From Piromyces finnis finn (taxonomy: Eukaryota > Fungi > Neocallimastigomycota), in the NCBI GenBank assembly GCA_002104945.1, contig MCFH01000029.1, positions 496,001 through 560,000 on the forward strand: a stretch of DNA of 64,000 bases, written 5' to 3'. Below the pieces are notes generated by a model. The model was not told the DNA's origin. It worked only from the letters and a program-made list of their open reading frames with translations, and searched no databases. The translations under genes and the position numbers were made by a program. Below, in pieces: positions 11,820-24,283 of this stretch; positions within the stretch are counted from its first letter, which is position 1, and each line of letters starts with the position of its first letter.

Positions 11820-12121
11820 TTGAATACAATGTTGTATTCATTTTTCTGTTAAATTCATTATTATTTTAAAATTATGATATATATTATATTTAAAAATAAA
11901 AATTTTAAAAAATAGTACTATCATTAGAAAAAAAGAGAATAACATATTTTAAAAAATAACACAACAACAAGACGAACAGATTAACACAACAACAAGACGA
12001 ATTTGTTTTTTTTACTGTATAATTTTTTATTATATATATATATATTTTTAAATAGTAATTATTATAAAATTAAATTTTTTTATCTAAATGTTTAAATATA
12101 CATATTTTTTTTTTTTTTTTC

Positions 12122-12487
12122 TTAGAGATTACATTTTAATTTTGAAAGAGCTGAATTAACAACTCTAATTTCAATATTAGTATTATCATTAATATTAGTT
12201 TCGAAAAGCATAGTTTGTGGAGAATAAACGCGATTAATTACTTCATGAGTAGTTGAATTTATTAATATAATTTCTTCAAATTCTGGAATATTTAAATAGT
12301 GACGTATAGTATTTGTTAAGTATTGAATGGTAGCAAAACTTTCAACTTCATATGGGAATGAAGTAGAAGATGGATATCCATAATAACTAAATTGAAGTTG
12401 AAAATAAACTGGTGTATTTTCTGGAAGTTCATTTAAATTTTCACTAATACCAGTAGAATGACGTAAACCATAAACGTGACCGATCAT
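12122..12487 (-). CDS. Small protein with a probable ubiquitin-like (beta-grasp) domain; boundaries uncertain
   Basis: FPYEVESFATIQYLTNTIRHYLNIP...QTMLFETNINDNTNIEIRVV follows the ubiquitin pattern ([24 protein letters not shown]...RTLSDYNIQKESTLHLV), aligned by eye. Composition is coding-like relative to the flanks. Confidence 0.55.
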   Translation of the reverse strand: MIGHVYGLRHSTGISENLNELPENTPVYFQLQFSYYGYPSSTSFPYEVESFATIQYLTNTIRHYLNIPEFEEIILINSTTHEVINRVYSPQTMLFETNINDNTNIEIRVVNSALSKLKCNL

Positions 12488-12682
12488 TTTTGTCTATTTT
12501 TTTTTTTTATTTTTGTTTATGATATTGGTATAGAGATTTAAAGAAATAATACAATGATATTTTTCTAAAAATTAAATTTAAGAGTAATTGTTTAAATCCT
12601 TTTTTTTTATTATAATAAAAAAAATTGTATTCTTAAATATTATCTTTAACAATAATAGGTTTTTATAATTTATTGTTATTTT

Positions 12683-12910
12683 TTAAGAAGCTATTGTTGC
12701 TGATTTACTTTTAATAGATATGATTTTGGAACGAATAGATGTATTAATATAAATACTTATTAATGAAAATATATTTGAAAATGTATTTATAAAAGTATTT
12801 ATTAATGTAAATATATTTGAAAATAAATCTTCTAGAAATGTTACTGTACTACCAATAAATAATAGTAAGCCGACTATACTAAAGTTTGTAAATATAGTGT
12901 TATTAGACAT
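12683..12910 (-). CDS. Possible small hydrophobic protein
   Basis: 75-aa ORF with a hydrophobic N-terminus and an FSNIF repeat; no recognisable family. Confidence 0.25.
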   Translation of the reverse strand: MSNNTIFTNFSIVGLLLFIGSTVTFLEDLFSNIFTLINTFINTFSNIFSLISIYINTSIRSKIISIKSKSATIAS

Positions 12911-13063
12911 ATAAGAACTGACTTTTTTTTTTTTAAAAAATATTTAAGAATCTAGATATATTATATATATATCTCCAATAGTAACATAATAATAATAGAG
13001 ATATTTTTTAGTTTAAATTATGCCTTTTATTAGAGATATATATTAAGAATATGGATTATGCTT

Positions 13064-13127
13064 TTCACTGTTTATTATTAATGATAAAGTCTTTATTCAC
13101 TGTTTATTATTAATGATAAAGTCTTTA
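13064..13127. repeat. Perfect 32-bp tandem duplication
   Basis: TTCACTGTTTATTATTAATGATAAAGTCTTTA x2. Confidence 0.9.
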
Positions 13128-14162
13128 TTATTTTCCTTTTTAATTACTATATAATTTTGAATAATTATTAAAGGAATAAAACTTTAATATTTATCTTTAG
13201 ACTTTCTAATTAAGAGTTTTTTTTTTTTTGATTTTAATAATATTTTATAAAATAAATACTGACAGTTTAAAATATTTATATGTTTTTTTTTTCTTTTATT
13301 ATTTTCTTTCCTTAATCTAATTAAAATAAAATAAATTAAATATAAATTATGGTAATGGTTACACAATTCTTTAATTTAAAAATTATTGGGTATTATTAAA
13401 GTAAATGATGTAGGACAATAAAAATATTTAAATAAAAATGATAAATTGAGAATATTGAAAAAATGCTTGATTTTTTGGTATGTCTTTTTTTTTTATTCTA
13501 TTGGAAATTATATAAATAATATGTTATTTATAGTAAAAGAAATATAATATATAATATAAATATATTAATAAATTATAATAATAGATATATAAAGTAGTAA
13601 AAAAAAAATAAAAATATTATTTATTTACAATAGATAATATATTCATAACTATTTTTAAACATTTATTATCTATATATTATATAAATTAAACTAGCCTATT
13701 TAATTTAAATAATTTATAAAAAATTTTTTATTTTTAGATAAATTATTTGGTGTGACTAGATTTTTATTTTTTTATAATTATAATTGAATTGGTGATAGGG
13801 ACTATTTATCTTTTTGAAGCCTGGTCATATTCAATCCAACTTTTTCAAATAAAAAACATTATTAAACTATAATTTATTTATATTTTAAAATATAATATAG
13901 TTTATAAATATATTAATATATTTAATATTGATAACTCTTATAATATATATATATATATATAAAAAAGGTATTTAATTTTTTTATTTTAATTTATTATTTA
14001 TTTGTTTGTTTTAACAAGCATTTTATCATTATTATCATTATTTATATTTTAAAAATATAAATTAAAAAAAAAATATCTATATTATATAAAAATCTTGGTT
14101 AAAAAAAAAAAAGATCGTATATATTTATTCTTCCTTTTTTTTTTTATTGTTGATTCAATTAA

Positions 14163-14739
14163 TTATTGGAAGTCTTTATTATCATAATTAAATAAAACGT
14201 GTTTTAAAAGCATAGCAACAACATGAACATTTAAACTATTTCCAAGAGCTTTATATCTTTGAATTTGTGTCATTGTTTCTGGAAATGAAAAAGTATGTTT
14301 TGAAATAGTAGAATAGTCAGGTGCTCTTGAATCTTTGCTTTTATTTAAAAATTCATATTTAATTGGGAAAGCATGTAATAATGCTACTTCTACATTAATA
14401 TTTGTTTATAATTAATAAATAAAAATAAATAAAAAAAAAAGTTTTTTTTTTTAAATACTTTTGTTACATTTCTTTTATTAAAAATTTACTTTTATATATT
14501 TACCATTTGGTGAAAAGAATCTTAATCCTAAATCTAATAAAGTTTCTGGATTATCAAAATCATATTTTTTCTATTATTATAATATATAAATAAATTTATT
14601 AATTAGTTATTATTATAATGGATTTATTATAACTATTTAATATATATTACATCAAATTTTTCAGTTTGTAAAAATGAGCCAGTTCCAATAACATGATGAC
14701 TATAAAAGTAAAGTTTGATTTATTCCATTAATAATGAAA

Positions 14740-14807
<68 letters not shown>

Positions 14808-15797
14808 AATTGATAAACAAAATTTTATTATACCTTCCATAAGCTTTTGTGAAGCATGAACATTTATTTTCATCTGGTTTTACTATATCTATTTAATTAC
14901 ATACATAATATATAATTATTGAATATGTTATTAATATGTTATATTACAGTTTATATATATATATATATTTTTTTTTTTTAAATTAATAATTTAATATTAT
15001 ATGTAAGATTTATTATTCTTATTACCAAAACGGAATTTATATCTTTTTAAAATGTATTCATCTGGAACACTATATTTAGATTCTTCTTCTTTTGTAAGAT
15101 CTTCTCTATAATCTGAAAGAGGTGGTAACTCTGATTCTTCTATTTTATTTATGAAATTTGGTTCACGATAGAATCTTTCGCTTTCTAAATATTTTCCTCT
15201 TACAGCTTTTTCTTTTAATGGTAAACGTGCCTATAATATTTCAATTTCAATTATAAAAAGAAAAAATATATATAATACATAAGTAATTTTTTTTTTCAAC
15301 TTTTATTATGAAGCTTAAGGCTAATAATTTTTCTTTTCTTTATTGATTTTATTATATATATATAAATTTAAATACTTACGCTTAAATAATATCTTGCTCT
15401 ATCGTTTGGTATACCAAATTGAGTTGGGGTAACTAAATGTTCATTCATTTCATAACCCATTTCATCTAATTGTTTAATTAATTTTTCACGACTTCTTGAT
15501 ACCTATATAAAATAATAATAATAATAATAATAAATAAATAAAAATTAATTAAATTTTAAAAAGGATAACAGTATTTTAATAAATAATTTTTAGGAATTAT
15601 ACAAAATATTAAATTTATTATCAAGAATTCTCAAAATACCTCGAAATTAACAACATTTTCTACGAAAATATATTTTGGTGGATTATCTAATTTTGGTAAA
15701 ATGTTTATTAAATTTAATAATCCTGCGGCTCTACGATCTTCATCATCTAATTTTTTACCACCTTTTAAAAAAAGAGATTTCATAAATTAATTTTCAG

Positions 15798-15829
<32 letters not shown>

Positions 15830-16540
15830 AAGAAAAATAGAATTCTTTTTCAAACCTCTTGTGTATGGTTGGCATGGTGGACTCATAAGCCAACAATTAG
15901 CTTTATATGATTGAATTTTTTCAACTTTTAAACTATCAATTATAGTCTTTAATATTTATTTCATTTATTATTATTATTATTGTTATTTAAAAAAATAAAG
16001 ATAATATTAATCAATTTTTTTTAAATTAAATTTTCAATTTATATATCTATCCATTGAATTATCTACCGTAACAGGCTTAATATTAAAATTGTGTTGGTAA
16101 CTTTTATATATATATATATTAATATATTTTAAATTATTATAAAAGAATTATATCAAAAGAAAAAGTTCAAATTTTAAAATGTATATTTATAAAAAATCAT
16201 ACCATGAATTTGTATTAACATTAATATCAAAACTTGCAACGACAGTTCCTTTCATTCCACTTTGTTCAAATGCATAATGCTATTTATATAAATAAAATAA
16301 AAGTTTTACATAATAGAAATGTCAATATTAGCATTATTAATTTCAAAATTTATTTTGAAATTTAAAATGAAATTTCCTTTTTTTTTTTTTTACCATTCCT
16401 CCAATACCACAGAAAAATTCTAATATTCTTAATTCTTCTTTAGTTTCTTCATTATTATCAGATTTTGATTTCTTTTGTTTATTACTATCAAGTTCACTTG
16501 AACTATCTTTACTATTTTTTCTTTTAATTCCTTTCTCCAT
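14163..16540 (-). CDS. DNMT2: DNMT2/TRDMT1 (Pmt1-like) tRNA C38 cytosine-5 methyltransferase, multi-exon
   Basis: Spliced translation gives motif I LEFFCGIGGM, catalytic MSPPCQPYTRG, FVENV, PNDRARYY, the DNMT2 signature CFTKAYG and motif X YKALGNSLNVHVV. Stop at 14163-14165. Confidence 0.93.
14737..14804. repeat. (AAAT)17 microsatellite in a DNMT2 intron
   Basis: Read directly from the sequence. Confidence 0.9.
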
Positions 16541-17839
16541 ATTTTTAATTATTAAAAAAGTAAAAATATTAAAAAAAAAAAAAAAAAAAATTAATTATCC
16601 AATAATAAATCTATTTAATAAGAATATTTCAACAAAATTTAATATATCAAAAAAAATTTTAATTATTATTATTATTATTATTAGCTTTTTCATTTTTCAT
16701 AATATATTAAAAATTGAGTTTATATTATTTTTATAAAACATTAAAGGCAGAATTATGTTCAGACAATTAACAATTAGCTAATAGAAATAAAATTCATATA
16801 CAAAACAATTAATATATAATACAATATACCAGGTTGCAACTTGGGTATTGTGCGTTCATGTAAAACCAAGAGGAGAAGTAACAATGAATGCCAAAATGAA
16901 TAATTTTAAAAAAGTGTCAACTTATTTACTATAACTATGCCATCTTTAGAACTTTTCTATAACTTGTACTTCAATTATTAATATATATTCTCAAAAAAAA
17001 AAAAAAAAAAACATCATTTTTGACATATCTTTAAATTATTATATATTCATTCGATTACTAGAATTATTAAAGAATTAAGTTTTAAAAAATTTAAAGCATT
17101 GATTACTTTGAAGAATTATATCTTTTATTATTATTACCAGTATAATCATTCTACTCTTTTTTTTGAAGAATAAAAATTTTACTTAAAGCCTTTATAATGA
17201 TTATATTTTAATTATAATAATTTTTCAATGCTATTAATTCTATTAGAATAAAAAGTTCTAGAGAATTAGATAATCATTTTTTTATACTTATGTACTATTA
17301 GTTTTCAATTCCAATAAATAATTTATAAAGTTTATAAGAATTTTTTTTTTTCAACAATTTAAATAATTAGTATCATATATATATATTATTATTCTTTTTG
17401 TATTTAATGTTAATTCTTAAAAAAAAAATGATAAACTTGGAATATAAGTGGGATTTATATTTATTATGAATAAAAATATAAAATATAATTCTTTTATATA
17501 TATAATATTTTCATTTCTTTTTTTTTTTTTTGGTTTAAAACATTATCATTCATTCCATAATTAAAACCATATTCACTGATTTAATATAATAAAAATATCA
17601 TTATTTTTTAATTTTAATATTATACTAAAATTTTTTAATTTTCTTTTTGTATTTATTATTGTTTAATTTTTGATTAATAATATTATAGATAAAATTATGA
17701 ATTAAATATTTAATAATTGCTATTATATTAATAGATAAATTTAATATAAAAAAAAAAAGAATGAAGATGACTTGGAAAGTCATTATGACAAAGAGATTAT
17801 TTAAAATAAATATTCAAATTATAAAATACAACTTACAAC

Positions 17840-18109
<270 letters not shown>

Positions 18110-18284
18110 GTCTATATAACTAGTACTAATACGTATTAATATTAATACTATCAGTACGTACTGGTAGCTACTATATTTTCATAAAAATATTTTCAATAAT
18201 TAATAAACTTTTATTTATAAAGTTTAAAAATTTTTTTGATCAACTTCTTTATATAACTATTGGTAAATGGATATTATAAATAAT

Positions 18285-18558
18285 TATTAATTACAAAACG
18301 TTTTATAATATGTTTTTAATAATAAACTTTATTTAATAATAAAATATATTTTATATTTTGGTAATTACAAAGTATTACAAAAATGGAAAATTACAATCAT
18401 ATTTATACTAATTGTGGCTTGTTAATAATACATGTCAAAATAATACAATGAGATGTAAAAATATACTTTAATATATTTTAACAACGATCTTAATTTAATT
18501 TAAATTCATTATATATATTCAAAAAGAAATATTTCTTTGTTTTTCAATATTTCTAACA
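18285..18558 (-). repeat. 3' LTR of Copia 1
   Basis: Identical to 24010-24283; preceded in sense by the PPT AGGGGAA. Confidence 0.95.
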
Positions 18559-18565
18559 TTCCCCT
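18559..18565 (-). promoter_or_regulatory. Polypurine tract of Copia 1
   Basis: AGGGGAA immediately before the 3' LTR TG. Confidence 0.8.
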
Positions 18566-18572
18566 GTCAAAC

Positions 18573-21500
18573 TTAATTTTCTGCATGTTTGAAAATTATG
18601 TTTGAGAATTTCTTCATTTTTGGTCCATTAACATTTTTAGTTAGAACATCAGCCAACATGTCTTCTGTATTGATGTATTCTAAAATTATTCTTTTATTTT
18701 TAATGTGGTCTTGATTGAAATAAAATTTTATATTTATATGTTTTAATTTTGAGTTTAATTGTCCATTTTCAATAGAAGTTTTACTTGATAAATTGTCTGT
18801 AAAGATTTTTATTGGTTTTTTAAAATTGAATAGTTCTTGTAATATGCTTCTTATCCATAATACCTTTTTTGAGCATTCCGTTGTGCTTATATATTCAGCC
18901 TCCATTGATGAAGTAGCTACTGTAGATTGTTTTCTTGAGGACCAACATATTGGATCATTTCCCATCAAAATTATGTGACCTGATGTTGATTTTTTATCTT
19001 TTGGGTCACCTCCTAAGTCTGAGTCTGAATAAGCTAAAATTTCCCCTGTTCCTGAATATTCGATTTTATAATTTTTAGTATAATTTAAATATTTTAAGAT
19101 ATTCATTACCTTATGCCAATCAGATATTGTTGGATTTTCCGCATTTCTGGCTGCTTTATTTACTGCATAGGCAATATCTGGGCGGCTACATTTTGATAAA
19201 TAAATCAAAGAACCTAAATGTAAAGATATAATATATATCTTTAGATTATTTAATAATTAATTATTAATTATTAAATAATAAATTAATATTTAGTAAAACT
19301 GATTATAAAATTTTTGAGTAAATTTTATGGAATAATTTAATAATAAATTATTTTATAATAATTCCGTTAAATTTAAATTAAGATAAATATTTAAGTTTAA
19401 GGAATAAAAGAATTTTAATTAAATTTAAATATTTCAAATATTTTAAATAATTAAAATATTTTTCAAATACTTTTTATTTAATTTTAGAATAGATTATACT
19501 TTTTTATTTAAATTTAGAATAGTTTAATAATTTTAACTTAGTTTTAAAAATAGATTTATTTATATTTCAATAGGAAATATATTAAGAATAGTATTGATAA
19601 TATTAAATTAATTTATAGAAAATACATGGGCTTTATTCAATTTTGAGTTTACTCAAATTGAATTAAAAGTATAATGAATTAGTTTAGTTTAGTTCTGTTA
19701 TTTTATTATTTAATTAAATTAGTTTTGTTTATTTTATATTAAATATATGTTTATTTAAATAGAATAATATATTAGAATATAATTATGAAAAAATATAAAT
19801 ACATGTAATTTTTATTTGTTAAATCGATGTAATTGTTATTTTCAATTTTTTAATTATTAACTATTATATAGTTAATAATCTTTTTAAGAGTTTTAAATAA
19901 AATGATTTTTAAAATAAAAATTTAATGTTTTATTTTTTTATTTTTGTGTTAATAAAAATTGTTTTGTTTTAAGTATGAAATCTGTTTTAAATTTTATACT
20001 TTTACACTAAAACACTTTTGTATGTGGTTTTTTCGAATGGTGTTTTATTTTCGTTTATATTATCTCCTGTGCATGGTGTTTTTGCTTTACGAGTATTTTT
20101 AATATTATATTTAGATAAAATGTTTTCAATATAATTTGTTTGTGATATTGAATATTTAAAACCATTATTTTCTATTTTTATTCCAAGTAAATAATTTATT
20201 TTTTCACAATTTGATATTTTAAAATTGTTTTTTATCAGTTTAATAGTTTTTTCAATTTCAAACGTTTTCCCAGTGATGATCATATCATCAACATATATAC
20301 CTATAATGCATGTTGTAATACCATTTCGTTCTCTTTTGAAAATGCATTGTTCAGAAATCAGTTGTTTGAAACCATTATTTTTAAGAAATAAAGTAATTGT
20401 TTCGTTCCATTGACGTCCAGACTGTTTTAAGCCATATAAAGCTTTGTTTAATTTCCAGTATCCTTTTCCATAATTTTTGTCTCCTTGTGGGATTGTAACA
20501 TATATGTCCTTATCTAATTTTGCATTAAGGTAAGCAGCTTTAATATCAAGTTGAAATATTTTCCAATGAAATTTTGCTGATAATGAAATAATAAGTTTAA
20601 TACTATCGATGCTAAGAGTAGGAGAAAATGTTAATTCATAGTCAATTCCTCTTATTTGACTATATCCTTTTGCTACTAATCTTGCTTTGAATTTTACAAT
20701 ATCATTATTACTGTCACGTTTTATTGTGAAAACCCATTTTGTTTTAATTGGATTTTTATTTTCAGGTAATTTTGAAACTAAATTCATAATATTGTTATCG
20801 TATAAATTTTTTAATTCATTTTTAATTGCTTCTATCCATTTATTTTTATATTTGCTTGTTATAGCATCATTAAATGTTAGTGGAGAATCCATGTTTATAT
20901 TTGCAATTTCCCTATCATAATTAATGTTTGTAGCACGTTTAACATTATTATTATCTATTTTACATCCAGGTCTTTTAACAGGTAAATTGTTAATTATTTC
21001 ATTAATTTTATATTTCTTATTACTTATTTTATAGTCGTTGTCATCTAATTTTCTTTTTGCTATTGAATTAAAATATTCTTGATATATTTTCTTCTTTTTG
21101 TTGTAAGATATATCATTAAAACTGTGTCTTCTTTTTAATTTTGTTTTATCTATATTAGCGTTTTTTGGATTAAAAGAATAATCATTTTCTGGTGAAATTT
21201 TGAAATTATCTAAAAGTTCTATGACATCTTCCATTGTATAACTTTGTTTGGAACAAGTGTTTGTATTGTTGATTCTATTATTGTTTTCAATAGCAACTTC
21301 ATTAATAGTTGTATTATTGCTATTATCTTGTATATTATTATCAGTTGTTATACTAATAATTTCTGAGTCTTCATCGAAAGAGTGTGTACTATCATTTATC
21401 TCATCATTAGTATTATTGTCATTTTTATGAGTTGATATAATATCATTATTATCTAAATTTTCATAAGTATTTTGAAAATTGATATCTGTAAAATTAATAT

Positions 21501-23964
21501 GATTATTGTTTGCATTTTGTATTTTTTCATCAGTGTCATTTGAAAATCTATCATCTGAGGGTAGTTTAAAATTATCATCTAGGTTTCTTTTCGATAAATT
21601 GAAATTGGATGGTTTATCTTCTTCAAATACGGCTTCACGGACAAGGTGTAATTTATAATCTTGATAATCCATTATAATGTAACAGTCATGTTTAAAACTA
21701 AGTCCTAAAAAAATACCTTCTTTACAGTTGTTATCAAATTTTCCTTTGTTTTGTGAATAATCCTTATAGTATGCTATACATCCAAATGTTTTTACATATT
21801 TTAGGTCAACTTTCTTGTTAAAAAATACTTCATTAGGGATAGAATTTCCAATACCTTTATGAGGGTTAATATTATATAAGAAATTTCCATAGTTGATAGC
21901 ATAATCCCAGAATCTTGTGTCTAATCTACTAGAAGCTAAAAGAGTTTTAGCACAATTGACTAACGTTTGGTTAAACCTTTCTGCTTTTCCATTAATTTCA
22001 GGAGTATATGGTGGCGAGTAAACCTTACTAATACCATTTCTTGAGCAGAAATTAATAATCTTTTTGTTCATGTATTCCTTTCCATTGTCAGTCTTAAAGT
22101 ACTTAACTTTGAGATCATATTTGTTTGTAATATATTTTATAAATTCTATAACATTTTTAGCAACTTCCTTTTTATTATTTAGTAAATATACCCATGATTT
22201 TCTAGAAAATTCATCAATAAAAGTTAAAATGAATCTTTTACCTGTACTAGAAATAAGATTCATTGGTCCCATCACATCGGAGTGTATTGTTTCAAGGATT
22301 CTTGATGCAACAGGTGTTTTACCTTTGTGAGGTAATCTTTTAAGTTTTGAAATTTTACATTGTAGACAATCTGGTTTTTTAATATTGTGAAGGCTTAAGT
22401 AATTTGTAAGATTGTCTTGGTAGAAATGTCCAAGGCGTTTATGCCAAAGACGATTACTGTATTCGTCTAGTTCATTTTTATTAGTAGATACATTAGAAAT
22501 TGAAGATTTTAAAACGTTTATTGGTATCTTAATGATGTTGGAAGGGTCAGCTATATATCTTCCAATTTCTTGTTTACATTTTTTGTTATTGTTATATTTC
22601 TTAAGAATTAATGTTGTTTTATTATTTATATAATCGATTTCACATGGATATCCTGTTTGTGTTAGTTTGATACCACTAATTAGGTTTTTGTTAATTTTGT
22701 CTGAATAGTATACATTATCTAAACGGATTGTTTCGTTGTTTATTTTACCAATAAATGTACCAATACCTTTGAATTCACATGTAGTATTGTTGGCACATTT
22801 CATATGTATATTTTCAAGGCGAAAATTTTGTAAAATATTTTTGTTATTTGTTATGTGTTCTGAACATCCTGTGTCATATGTCCACAATACTTCATTGTTG
22901 CAAGCATTATCTATGCTATTTATATTTTTGTAAAATTTATTATTTTCTGTTTGGCTAGTTGAAGTCTTGTTTGTTTTATCAATGCATTTTTCTTTTATTG
23001 AACATACCTCAATATGATCAACATGTTTTTCAAATAATGGTTGGAGTTCATCAAAGCAAATATTATCATTATCAATATCTTCATGTAAGTGATTATTGGT
23101 TCTTTCAACATTTCCAATGTGTTTTCCTTTTTTGTTCCATTTATTATAATGTTTTTTATTTTTAGATCTGTTTCTTCTTCTTTCTTCACGTACTTTTATA
23201 TTAAATCCACATTTATTAGTACTATGTCCTTTCATTTCACATATATAGCAATAATTTTCTTCTCTTTTAATTTTATTATCGAGTGGCTTAGTTGGTCTAA
23301 ATTTGGTTACATAATCAATATCCATTAAATCATCGATATTCTTAGGTTTATTTTCATTTTTTGATGTTTTTCCTAAATAATATTGTAAAACATTAACGAT
23401 TTTCTTGGCTTCTTCAATAAACTTATTTGGTTCAATATCTGGGTCAAGGGTTAATCTTGATTGAACTTCAATAGGCAATGCGGCATATATATACTTCGTT
23501 TTTTCCAAATTACCCAACTTATAATTCTTTTCGTCGAGTATATTAAAGATTTCAATTATCTTGTCAATTATATCAAGACTTACATCCAGATTTTTTGCAT
23601 TTAATGTATTTAACTCACGAAGATATTGAGTGACATCTTTTTTTCTTTTGGGGTCATATAATTCTTTGATTTTTGTTATAATTTCATAAGATGTTCTTTC
23701 TTTTCTGATTTTCCCTTTTACTTCTAAGGTAGTACTCATCAAGAGAAATACTTTAACTTTAGAATCTTCCTCTTCCAGTTTTTCTAATTCCTCGCTTCGC
23801 ATAGCTCCAGCTTTGACTTTATTTTGAGCGTCTGAAATGATGTCATTTTCAATGTATTTTAGAAGTCCTTTTGATTTTAAAACAGATTCAACAGTTGGAT
23901 ACCAGCAGTCAAAATTGGATTTGTCAAGACGTTCATCTGAGTAAAAATAATTAGCAGCATTCAT
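18573..23964 (-). pseudogene. Copia 1 gag-pol polyprotein, split inside RT by a 788-bp insertion
   Basis: CCHC knuckle CYICEMKGHSTNKC, protease YDTGCSEH, integrase WHKRLGH/HSDV/KTDNG/ERFN, RT YVDD and RNase H YSDSD. Removing 19219-20011 restores KTTYKSVLGSLIYLSKC. Confidence 0.92.
19219..20006. mobile_element. Nested solo LTR (unrelated family), 788 bp
   Basis: Begins TGTAAA and ends TTTACA (TG..CA, 6-bp inverted ends). 5-bp TSD CTAAA at 19214-19218 and 20007-20011. No coding capacity. Confidence 0.85.
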
Positions 23965-23995
23965 TTTGTTTTTTTTTTTTTTTTTTTTTTCAGTC

Positions 23996-24009
23996 TGAGA
24001 CTCTTAATC
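23996..24009 (-). promoter_or_regulatory. Primer-binding site of Copia 1 (complementary to the tRNA-Lys(CUU) anticodon arm)
   Basis: Sense GATTAAGAGTCTCA directly abuts the 5' LTR; identical in Copia 2. Confidence 0.8.
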
Positions 24010-24283
24010 TATTAATTACAAAACGTTTTATAATATGTTTTTAATAATAAACTTTATTTAATAATAAAATATATTTTATATTTTGGTAATTACAAAGTAT
24101 TACAAAAATGGAAAATTACAATCATATTTATACTAATTGTGGCTTGTTAATAATACATGTCAAAATAATACAATGAGATGTAAAAATATACTTTAATATA
24201 TTTTAACAACGATCTTAATTTAATTTAAATTCATTATATATATTCAAAAAGAAATATTTCTTTGTTTTTCAATATTTCTAACA
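24010..24283 (-). repeat. 5' LTR of Copia 1
   Basis: Sense reads TG...TA; identical to the 3' LTR. Confidence 0.95.

Larger units (their letters stand above)
18285..24283 (-). mobile_element. Ty1/Copia LTR retrotransposon 1 (young, interrupted by a nested solo LTR)
   Basis: 274-bp LTRs at 18285-18558 and 24010-24283 are identical by eye. TSD ATAAT (18280-18284, 24284-24288). Domain order gag-PR-IN-RT-RH. Confidence 0.97.

Noticed and set aside
19219-20011. Nested insert acting as a spliceable intron that restores Copia 1 RT
   Set aside because: Precise removal needs a TG donor. The nearest GT donors give a frameshift or delete three residues through a weak site.
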